Assembly: GCF_000011325.1 (NCBI RefSeq)
Contig: NC_003450.3
Coordinates: 1,950,001 to 1,982,000 of the forward strand
Reading direction: 5' to 3'
Source of the DNA: Corynebacterium glutamicum ATCC 13032
Lineage (GTDB): Bacteria; Actinomycetota; Actinomycetes; Mycobacteriales; Mycobacteriaceae
DNA: 32,000 nucleotides
Made by a program: the position numbers and the translations under genes. The notes under the pieces were generated by a model. It worked only from the letters and a program-made list of their open reading frames with translations, ran no database searches and was not told the origin of the DNA. Shown here piece after piece: positions 25,171-32,000 of the stretch (its first letter is position 1; every line of letters begins with the position of its first letter).

Positions 25171-25797
25171 ATGTCTGCTAATCCTTCCAATAACTTCAAC
25201 GTCATCGGCCGTCTTGCTGCTGATCCAAAGATCTTCACCAACCCAGATGGCTCCCGCAACATCCAGATCGCCGTATACTCCACCAACAACTTTGCTAACC
25301 GCAATGGTGTCTATGAGGACTCCATCGTTCCGCTCACCCAGTTCTACTCCGCATCCAAGGAAGGTAACGGAATCTACTCCTACCTCAAGGAAGGTGACCA
25401 GGTTGCGGTCAACGGCTACATCCACCAGGATCAGTTCACTGACAAGTCCACTGGCGCTAAACGCTACGAGTTGAACCTATCTATCGACTCCATCCAGCCG
25501 CTTGAAACCAAGTCTGCTGCTGACGCTCGCCGTGCTCGCAAGCAGGTCGTTGAGGCAAACAAGGCGCAGGCTGCTGCACAGCAGGCACCTGCACCAGTTC
25601 AGCAGTTCGCTGCTCAGGACGCACCTCAGTACGCAGGTAACCCTTTCGCTGGTCTCTCTCAGACCCAGGCACCAGTTGCAGCCCAGGTTGCACCACAGCC
25701 ACAGTACGTAAACGATCCTTACGCACAGCCACAGGCAGGTTTTGTTCCACCTGCACCAGTTGCTCCACAGGTTGATATTGACCCACGCTTCATCTAA
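25171..25797 (+). CDS. ssb: Single-stranded DNA-binding protein
   Basis: 208 aa with an AAGGGG RBS. N-terminal OB-fold pattern (NNFNVIGRLAADPKIFTNPDGSRNIQIAVYS ... GDQVAVNGYIHQDQF). Gln/Pro/Ala-rich linker. C-terminal tip VDIDPRFI in place of the canonical acidic DDDIPF-type tip. Confidence 0.85.
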   Translation: MSANPSNNFNVIGRLAADPKIFTNPDGSRNIQIAVYSTNNFANRNGVYEDSIVPLTQFYSASKEGNGIYSYLKEGDQVAVNGYIHQDQFTDKSTGAKRYELNLSIDSIQPLETKSAADARRARKQVVEANKAQAAAQQAPAPVQQFAAQDAPQYAGNPFAGLSQTQAPVAAQVAPQPQYVNDPYAQPQAGFVPPAPVAPQVDIDPRFI

Positions 25798-25813
25798 GAA
25801 GCACCACTACTAA

Positions 25814-25861
25814 AGAAACCCCCACCACCCAGTATCTGCTGGTGGATGGGGGTTTCTTTTT
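25814..25861 (+). terminator. Strong rho-independent terminator after ssb
   Basis: AGAAACCCCCACCACC pairs with GGTGG(A)TGGGGGTTTCT, about 14-16 bp with one bulge. A TTTT run follows. Confidence 0.85.
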
Positions 25862-25915
25862 CTCGCCTAACTCTATTCCTCTTTTTACCCACTGTTAATC
25901 CAGAAGGATTCCCAC

Positions 25916-26497
25916 ATGTCTACAACCACTATCAACATCATCATCACCAATGGCGCTGCACCACACCCAACTAATCTCAATCGCGCAGAAATTCATGATC
26001 ACCTACCCCTCACTGCCTCTGATTCGGAGCTAACCCGCCCCTCCCAGGAATCAGTTCTCTATGACCATGAATCCGAAACTGTCTTGCGCACCATGGTCAT
26101 CCCTGCAGACCTGCACGTCGCTATGAAGCATCTAGCTAAAAAACACAACCTCACGGTCACAGAGATCTCGCGCATCCTTCTGCAGCGCTACATCGACCGC
26201 AATATTAACCATGTAGAGCAAAACCAGGCTGAATCCGACATGGTGGAAGTCTTTGCCAGCCAACCAACCAATGCAACCGCAATGATCCCTGTACCTGGAA
26301 CCAGCTTCAGGCAAATATTTATCAAGCACAGCACTGGTTTCTGGAAAAACATTGATCATGATCTTGTCGATCTCGACGCCTCTAAGACCCCGCGTGTACG
26401 CGACCGCAGTGTCTTACCACAACCTCAACTCCACAGAGCGTTGTTATCAGATGCTGATATGGCTCGCCTTGCAGCACAACTGACCGACAAACACTAA
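25916..26497 (+). CDS. RHH-domain protein (193 aa), paralogue 1
   Basis: GAAGGA RBS. RHH-like core VLRTMVIPADLHVAMKHLAKKHNLTVTEISRILLQRYIDRN. The C-terminal segment IPVPGTSFRQIFIKHSTGFWKNID aligns with the next gene. Confidence 0.65.
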   Translation: MSTTTINIIITNGAAPHPTNLNRAEIHDHLPLTASDSELTRPSQESVLYDHESETVLRTMVIPADLHVAMKHLAKKHNLTVTEISRILLQRYIDRNINHVEQNQAESDMVEVFASQPTNATAMIPVPGTSFRQIFIKHSTGFWKNIDHDLVDLDASKTPRVRDRSVLPQPQLHRALLSDADMARLAAQLTDKH

Positions 26498-26521
26498 AAC
26501 CTCCACAACAAGGACATCATC

Positions 26522-26986
26522 ATGACTACTCGCACCGTATCTACTTCTGCACCCCATGTCACTGTCAACATCAATACCGCGCACAACAAAACACGCACTG
26601 TTACCAATGGCGCCAGAAAAACTAATGCAGAGCGTGGCAAGAGCTGCATCTCATTTCGTGTAGGGCCAGAATTGTTTGATGAATTCAAAGCGACCTGCAT
26701 CGACAACGATATTTCCATGACCAAGGCGTTTGAGAAAGAGCTTCGCACCTGGGTTGATGAGCACAACGCTGGTGCAACAAAGAAAAGAAACACCCATCGC
26801 ACCTACGTACAAGCACCCGTTGGTACTGTCGCCACCAGCTCTATTCCAGGTCTTGGGTTATTTACTGTGTTCAAGAAGAGCTCTGATCAGATGTGGTACG
26901 ACCTGGAAAGCAGCCCGCTGATCGCACAAGAGCCCATGTCGAATATGGACATGCATCGTAACGGCTCTTTTGAGCTGCACCTGTAG
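26522..26986 (+). CDS. RHH-domain protein (154 aa), paralogue 2
   Basis: AAGGA RBS. RHH-like core KSCISFRVGPELFDEFKATCIDNDISMTKAFEKELRTWVDEHN. The C-terminal segment IPGLGLFTVFKKSSDQMWYDLE aligns with the previous gene. Confidence 0.65.
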   Translation: MTTRTVSTSAPHVTVNINTAHNKTRTVTNGARKTNAERGKSCISFRVGPELFDEFKATCIDNDISMTKAFEKELRTWVDEHNAGATKKRNTHRTYVQAPVGTVATSSIPGLGLFTVFKKSSDQMWYDLESSPLIAQEPMSNMDMHRNGSFELHL

Positions 26987-27042
26987 ATCTCTCTCTCGAC
27001 CACACACAGCTCTCACCACCTCCTAGAAAGGACGGTTTCACC

Positions 27043-27552
27043 ATGTCTAAAAAACGCGACCACCTCACCGTCATTCCTGACCTTGAGTCACGCACCCATC
27101 ACAGCCGCAGTACACAACCGCCAACTACGCTGCCCGCACCACAGCTGACTATTATCACCGCACCAGACAAGCATCAACCACAGCTTCGGGTTGTTAAAAA
27201 CACCACCACCCCATCTTCTGTGCAGCCCTCGCCGATCAACTACAGCTTTACTGATCCTGTACTTCGCGAGGCTCACTATGCATTCCAGCACAGCGAACTT
27301 GCCAGGCCAACAGTCCTGGACTCACACTGGGTTCGTCGCGCACAAGAAGAATTCGACACTGAGCATAATGCTGCCTATGTCCGTGCCGCTGACCAGCTCT
27401 TATCCCCTTTTGATGCCTACATGCTCGACAACGGCGATGTTTACACCAAGACCCCACGTGCCATCAGTGCTGCTGAACAAGAAGAAATACTTGAGCACTT
27501 GCACGAACACCATATCTGCTGGGACGAAGAAGCTGAATTCCTGCTGCGCTAA
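27043..27552 (+). CDS. Hypothetical protein (169 aa)
   Basis: Track ORF. Leader CCTCCTAGAAAGG-N11-ATG. Confidence 0.65.
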   Translation: MSKKRDHLTVIPDLESRTHHSRSTQPPTTLPAPQLTIITAPDKHQPQLRVVKNTTTPSSVQPSPINYSFTDPVLREAHYAFQHSELARPTVLDSHWVRRAQEEFDTEHNAAYVRAADQLLSPFDAYMLDNGDVYTKTPRAISAAEQEEILEHLHEHHICWDEEAEFLLR

Positions 27553-27618
27553 AGGTTGCCACTGGTTTCAGGTGTGTGGGTAGGCACAGCCCGCCTGGGC
27601 GGGACTTGAGCGGTGCAC

Positions 27619-27670
27619 AACACAGCAAAGCTGTGTTCGGCTGAATGCTCGAACACAGCTTGTTTGTGTA
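27619..27670 (+). terminator. Terminator with a competing upstream hairpin (three-arm element)
   Basis: AACACAGC (27619-27626), GCTGTGTTCG (27630-27639), CGAACACAGC (27650-27659), then TTGTTTGTGT. The middle arm pairs with either the upstream arm (8 bp, AAA loop) or the downstream arm (10 bp, terminator-like). Confidence 0.6.
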
Positions 27671-27771
27671 TCCCAACTACTATGCACAGCCCGTAACCAT
27701 CGAGCCGGCTAAAATCTATCAACAGAAAAACCACTGCCTATTTGACCATTCTTGTGCAAGAAAGTACACCT

Positions 27772-28332
27772 ATGCCCCACGACGTTTACGATGTCGAACA
27801 CATCATTTCCAAGCAACCTTTCTGCTCCATCTTTTTCCAGCTCCCCGCTGCAGCGCTGAAACCTACTATTCAAAAAGCTGCCACCAACCGCGACCTTACT
27901 AAGCTCAACACCGAACAGATCGCTGAGAACCTACAGCGCTACCTCGACACCTACAGTGTCATGTCTCACCAGCGTGTCACCATTGAAGAGGTCACTCATG
28001 TGCGCAACCCTCATGAGCCTGATTATGAGTTTTCACCACAGTACGGTGCACATATCTCGCTCATCGGTGAGTCTTATGCTGTGAACACGGCCACCAACGA
28101 GCCTTATGCCACCGACTCCGAGGGCCATCCTCTCGCACTGTATTTTGAAATGAGTCTCGCGCCCGAGCTACATGGCGTCATCCATAAGTTCTTCCCTGGC
28201 TTTAATCTCGGTGGCGAGTATCTGCCGGCTGATTCTCGCGACATCTACACCGAGCTCAATGACCTGCTTGATTCTGATGATCTCGTCGGCACAGACATCA
28301 CGATCCAGATTGATCGTGCCAACAAAGACTAA
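27772..28332 (+). CDS. Acidic hypothetical protein (186 aa)
   Basis: Start moved to the ATG at 27772 (MPHDVYDV, AAGAAAG RBS). The track start at 27742 is a non-ATG codon without an RBS. Confidence 0.65.
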   Translation: MPHDVYDVEHIISKQPFCSIFFQLPAAALKPTIQKAATNRDLTKLNTEQIAENLQRYLDTYSVMSHQRVTIEEVTHVRNPHEPDYEFSPQYGAHISLIGESYAVNTATNEPYATDSEGHPLALYFEMSLAPELHGVIHKFFPGFNLGGEYLPADSRDIYTELNDLLDSDDLVGTDITIQIDRANKD

Positions 28333-28364
28333 GCCACTCTAGCTAAACCAACTTACCCCACCCC

Positions 28365-28400
28365 AACACCCCATGAGGCATCTGCTTCATGGGGTGTTTT
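28365..28400 (+). terminator. Rho-independent terminator
   Basis: AACACCCCATGA (28365-28376), 10-nt loop, TCATGGGGTGTT (28387-28398), TTTT spanning 28397-28400. Confidence 0.8.
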
Positions 28401-28451
28401 GCTATGCCGCAACACTTTTCTCAAGAAAACTACAGAAAGGCCCCCGTCATT

Positions 28452-28724
28452 ATGTCTGCACCGCTCACCATTCATGATCTGCTGTCCACCAATTCGAAGC
28501 TTAACCTCAAGTGGCTGACCTGCACTGTCTTGAACAGCCCAAATCTCACCGAACCCTGCATCACGGTTTCTGTGAACCACACCGAAGGCATGTCCCTGGT
28601 CTCTTTCGAAGGTGGTCACGGGCTCACCGAGATTGCCAACACCCAGCTAGTGCCTGTGCTTGAGCTACCAAAGTTCAATCCTTTTGAGGCACTTGCTATC
28701 CACCTTGAAGCCGCCAACAACTAA
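28452..28724 (+). CDS. Hypothetical protein (90 aa)
   Basis: Start moved to the ATG at 28452 (MSAPLTIHDL, GAAAGG RBS 11 nt upstream). The track start at 28389 lies inside the preceding terminator. Confidence 0.6.
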   Translation: MSAPLTIHDLLSTNSKLNLKWLTCTVLNSPNLTEPCITVSVNHTEGMSLVSFEGGHGLTEIANTQLVPVLELPKFNPFEALAIHLEAANN

Positions 28725-28737
28725 GAAAGCATCCTTC

Positions 28738-29220
28738 ATGACTGACAACGCTGACAACACCACAGATAACGTAACCAATAACTCAGACACCAATCTCGAT
28801 TACAGCTTCGACCCGCTCCCTGACGAGCCCTATGCCTACGGCTTTGAACTGGTCGCTGCTGATGCACACTCTGACTCAACAACAACCAGCACCGATACCC
28901 CAGAGACTGTCGCTGTGGCACTTAAAACCCGCGAGGACACTATCAACTGGGTCAACACCCAGCGTGCCGAAGGTAAACCCGATGAAATTCGTATCAATAA
29001 CCCAATTCGATCAGAGCGTATTGCTGAGTTTGTCCACGAAATGATCATGCATCACGGCCTCGTAGCCTGCATGGAAGATCTCGCAATACTTATCAAGCGC
29101 GACAAGCTCACCCAGCTGGAAGCCGAAAACGCTATCACAGCCTGGCACAACCTCACCAAAGAATCCCTTGGTCAGATCATGGGGCTCTTCTATCAGTACG
29201 TCGAAAACAACACAAAATAG
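28738..29220 (+). CDS. Very acidic Asn/Asp/Thr-rich hypothetical protein (160 aa)
   Basis: Start moved to the ATG at 28738 (MTDNADNTTDNVTNNSDTNLDYSFD, AAGAAAG RBS), 11 nt after the previous stop codon ends at 28724. Confidence 0.65.
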   Translation: MTDNADNTTDNVTNNSDTNLDYSFDPLPDEPYAYGFELVAADAHSDSTTTSTDTPETVAVALKTREDTINWVNTQRAEGKPDEIRINNPIRSERIAEFVHEMIMHHGLVACMEDLAILIKRDKLTQLEAENAITAWHNLTKESLGQIMGLFYQYVENNTK

Positions 29221-29238
29221 GAAAGAAGAAACACCATC

Positions 29239-29811
29239 ATGTCTGACAACACTCAGGACAACCCTTTCTCCATCCGCTACGCACACCCTGACCACCAGCT
29301 CGCTCTTAATGAGCTTGTTGATACTGCCGATCTACCTGCACCAACAAGCTATATGAAAAATCCCTGGTCCGGGGACAACACGCCTATCGCCGAGTGGCGA
29401 CGCGAGCGCATCACCCAGTGGCAGCGCACCGAGATCATTGTCAATCAACGCGATGATGACGATCTCATTCACGTCAGCTTCCCGAAGCTCGGCCAGCACA
29501 TTCAGCTCAACACCGACGATATTCTCGCATTGGTCGCAGCCTGCGTCACACCCACTGCTAACGACATTGAGGCAACTATCGAAGAAAATCTCCACTCATA
29601 TCCGCACGATACGGTCATCATGTTTAACGCAGATGATCTAGATGATGCCCTTGGTCTCGTTGTTGCCGTCAAAGACGCGAGCGGGGAACACTCACCGCGC
29701 GCTGTCTGGCGCACCAACACCGATCATGGAGCTCTTGACGAGACTGAACTCGCGCGGCTCATTCTCAAATTCGGTGGCAGCTTCGATGACTACGGCGTGC
29801 TGCAACATTAA
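29239..29811 (+). CDS. Acidic hypothetical protein (190 aa)
   Basis: Track ORF with a GGAAAGAAG RBS. Followed by a very long terminator stem. Confidence 0.65.
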   Translation: MSDNTQDNPFSIRYAHPDHQLALNELVDTADLPAPTSYMKNPWSGDNTPIAEWRRERITQWQRTEIIVNQRDDDDLIHVSFPKLGQHIQLNTDDILALVAACVTPTANDIEATIEENLHSYPHDTVIMFNADDLDDALGLVVAVKDASGEHSPRAVWRTNTDHGALDETELARLILKFGGSFDDYGVLQH

Positions 29812-29859
29812 ACCGACTCACTAAGCACCGCTTTCTCTATCCCCTCTCTCTTCGTACTC

Positions 29860-29903
29860 AACCCCAGTTCATACAGATTTTCTCTGTGTGAGCTGGGGTT
29901 TTC
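29860..29903 (+). terminator. Long-stem rho-independent terminator
   Basis: AACCCCAGTTCATACAGA pairs with TCTGTGTGAGCTGGGGTT, about 18 bp including two G-T wobble positions, loop TTTTC. TTTT spans the stem end. Confidence 0.8.
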
Positions 29904-29973
29904 TGCATTTCCCACTTGTTTTTCTCCAACACTCCACACACACACCTTCAAAGAAGAAAGTTCGAAAGATTCT

Positions 29974-30888
29974 ATGAAAAACCGTAAAAAAATCATGTCT
30001 ACCCTCACCACTGTCTGCGCCGTACTGGGTATAGTTGCAGCTCATCCATTCCACGCCTCTGCTGTCATCGGCGGCTCTGTCCCATCAACTGATTCCGTTG
30101 CCAACGCTGTCGCAAAAATCGGACCAGGCGCATTGAACTGCAGCGGTGTCATGATCTCACCATCGTGGGCACTCACCGCACGCCACTGTGTCGATGACAT
30201 CAACATACTCGGCGACATCGACACCATCACGCCTATTACTCCAGGTATTCATCGCAATGAAGGTAACTATATGGGTGAGGTTTACCGCGCACCGTCCGGT
30301 GATCTAGCGCTCATTAATATCAACGGCGTGCACAAGGGCACCATTGCGCAGCTCCCCACACAAGAATATCCACTGGGAACCGCTGCACAGTCAGTCGGTT
30401 TTGGTGGCGGTGGTGTCAATATCCGCACCGCTGAATCGGTCAACATGATTCTCACCGACATATATAGCGTGAGGTCAGGGAAATTCCATCACGGTGTCGG
30501 TCGATCACACTATCTCCTCTTTGATTATGACAGTGCTGAAACTGGTCGAATCCACAAAGGTGATTCTGGGGGCCCCATCTTCATTGGTGACGAGGTTGTG
30601 GGCATTATGTCTCACGGCACAATAAATAAGAACGACGGGTCTTTTGATGACGAATCCGGCGCTGATGTATTTGCCTCTCTTGAGTGGATTCTCGACACCA
30701 CCGGCATCACAGTGACAGACACTGCCGAGGACAACAACGATAACTCTGACAACGACGATGTTGACTCAAAAGAAGGTCCTGCATCAAATACATCACTTGT
30801 ACTCACTGATAACGGACCGTCACGCATTGGTAGCAACACTTCTTCAGCACTCATCGGATTATCCTCAGAAGCACTATTTTCTTCTTAA
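29974..30888 (+). CDS. Secreted trypsin-like (S1 family) serine protease
   Basis: Signal peptide ...AAHPFHASA followed by VIGG (trypsin-like mature N-terminus). Catalytic His LTARHCV, Asp GDLALI, Ser KGDSGGPIF. Acidic Asn/Asp-rich C-terminal tail. Confidence 0.85.
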   Translation: MKNRKKIMSTLTTVCAVLGIVAAHPFHASAVIGGSVPSTDSVANAVAKIGPGALNCSGVMISPSWALTARHCVDDINILGDIDTITPITPGIHRNEGNYMGEVYRAPSGDLALININGVHKGTIAQLPTQEYPLGTAAQSVGFGGGGVNIRTAESVNMILTDIYSVRSGKFHHGVGRSHYLLFDYDSAETGRIHKGDSGGPIFIGDEVVGIMSHGTINKNDGSFDDESGADVFASLEWILDTTGITVTDTAEDNNDNSDNDDVDSKEGPASNTSLVLTDNGPSRIGSNTSSALIGLSSEALFSS

Positions 30889-30890
30889 CT

Positions 30891-30927
30891 CGCACCTCAT
30901 CTGGTGTGGGTTTTTTTGCATTTTTTA
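30891..30927 (+). terminator. Rho-independent terminator
   Basis: CGCACC-TCATCT-GGTGTG (one G-T wobble), followed by GGTTTTTTTGC. Confidence 0.65.
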
Positions 30928-30964
30928 CACACCCCACTCCACACACACTCGCAAAGGATTCATC

Positions 30965-31660
30965 ATGAGCAACAATGCTCTTTTAGTAGCAAACGAAGCC
31001 GACATCGGTCTCTACCTCCACTGGAATGGTGGTCGCGACTCGATTGAGGCGTTTCTCGCCTACGCCGCATACGCGCAGTTACCACCCATCAACGAAAATA
31101 ACGATTGGTTGCCACCGTTTATTACTGTGCTGAAGAACTTCTTCGGCAATGATGGTTCTGGCGTCTACCTCGAACCTGTCAATCAGGATTATCTCGACGG
31201 CATCGACTATGACAACGGTGTTTACATGCTTGACGATTATGAGATCACTGAGCGTATTAATCCACCCGCTGTTGAGCAAGACTCCCACGATCTCCACGAC
31301 ATGTTGATCAAAATTGATAAAGCTCAACCACCTGTCGATCAACTCGGGAGTTTTCTCCATGGCCTAGAGACCTCTGTCGCAGATTTGGGGGTTGGTGATC
31401 GCGTATTTTTGCCACGTTTTAGCACCTTTGATAAGAAACTCGGTCGCTACCGCATCCACACTGTTCTCGGATTCGCTGAGAACGATCCGTTTAACCCTAT
31501 GACCAGCAGCGAGCGATTTAAAGGTAAGCCCTATGTCGATATGTTCGACAATCAAGACAACGCCTTTAACCCAAATTCCTATATCACTACAGATACCGTG
31601 CGCATCGTTGTCGATCCTGTACCGGAAACTAATCCCGACGATGAGAAAGCAGGACGCTAG
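30965..31660 (+). CDS. Hypothetical protein (231 aa)
   Basis: Start moved to the ATG at 30965 (MSNNALLVANEADIGLYLHWNGGRD, AAAGGA RBS). The track start at 30758 lies inside the protease gene. Confidence 0.65.
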   Translation: MSNNALLVANEADIGLYLHWNGGRDSIEAFLAYAAYAQLPPINENNDWLPPFITVLKNFFGNDGSGVYLEPVNQDYLDGIDYDNGVYMLDDYEITERINPPAVEQDSHDLHDMLIKIDKAQPPVDQLGSFLHGLETSVADLGVGDRVFLPRFSTFDKKLGRYRIHTVLGFAENDPFNPMTSSERFKGKPYVDMFDNQDNAFNPNSYITTDTVRIVVDPVPETNPDDEKAGR

Positions 31661-31662
31661 CC

Positions 31663-32000
31663 ATGTCTCGCAGCTACCCCATCTACATCATTTCTTTTGC
31701 CCCAGCGGATGATCTCCACGGCGTTGGAGGATTCGAGTGGGTTCCAGCATCAACACCAGAAAACAAAGCTGCCGCCTTCACGACCTTTGATCGTCAATTC
31801 GATGATTCTCGTAACAATGGTGGCTCGCATATTGTGCGTCTACTCAATATCTCTGATCCCAATATCACAGCGGATATGACCCAAGACGATATTACCGCGT
31901 ACCTCGACTCAAACATCGACCGCTGGGAATCCACGGAACATGCGCTCAAGCAGTTTGTCCCACTTAACGCGGGTGCTGATCGCGTACCTACCGGTGGTGC
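31663..32000 (+). CDS. Hypothetical protein, C-terminus beyond the window edge (112 codons visible)
   Basis: Absent from the track because it has no stop in the window. ATG at 31663, 2 nt after the previous TAG. MSRSYPIYIISFAPADDLHGVGGFEWVPAS... stays open to the window end in my translation. Confidence 0.55.
   Translation, partial: MSRSYPIYIISFAPADDLHGVGGFEWVPASTPENKAAAFTTFDRQFDDSRNNGGSHIVRLLNISDPNITADMTQDDITAYLDSNIDRWESTEHALKQFVPLNAGADRVPTGG

Noticed and set aside
16301-30964. N-terminal extensions given by the ORF track for 16301, 20254, 27742, 28389, 28660 and 30758
   Set aside because: These starts are non-ATG codons or lie inside upstream genes or terminators and lack RBSs. Internal ATGs with GAAAGG-type RBSs (16349, 20335, 27772, 28452, 28738, 30965) fit the gene spacing better.

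Overview
This window looks like accessory DNA from a large conjugative plasmid or ICE-like element of a Corynebacterium-type actinobacterium. That host call is inferred from GAAAGG-type ribosome-binding sites, LGFP cell-wall-anchor repeats and a PorA/PorH-like mini-peptide pair. No database search was possible, so every family call rests on motifs I can read in the translations.

The window has two divergent arms.
- Minus-strand arm (1-16240): a partial edge gene missing from the ORF track, a 2-TM membrane protein, a type IA topoisomerase with duplicated C-terminal repeats, and a 1-kb gene-free iteron region. These are followed by a UvrD-like helicase fused to a PD-(D/E)xK nuclease, a pentapeptide-repeat protein and a MepB-family protein. 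Next comes a secreted LGFP-repeat protein whose C-terminal module looks lower in G+C by eye, translationally coupled to a 248-aa gene. The arm ends with a ribbon-helix-helix (RHH)-led four-gene operon of unknown function.
- Plus-strand arm (16349 to the window end): a lipoprotein thermonuclease and about 20 mostly orphan, often acidic genes. Recognisable members are ssb, two paralogous RHH proteins, a lipoprotein and a secreted trypsin-like protease. The arm is punctuated by many strong hairpin terminators. The layout resembles a plasmid leading / establishment region.

I judge these unexplained signals the most interesting:
- the GTTACA iteron array at 5.1-5.7 kb;
- a conserved mini-hairpin family with compensatory substitutions just upstream of ssb;
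- two sub-60-codon genes on the minus strand (17114-17429) that resemble corynebacterial PorH/PorA channel peptides;
- a candidate polymorphic toxin / immunity pair (10368-13000);
- three-arm alternative hairpins in two intergenic regions.

I recognised no rRNA, tRNA, CRISPR array, transposase or integrase.
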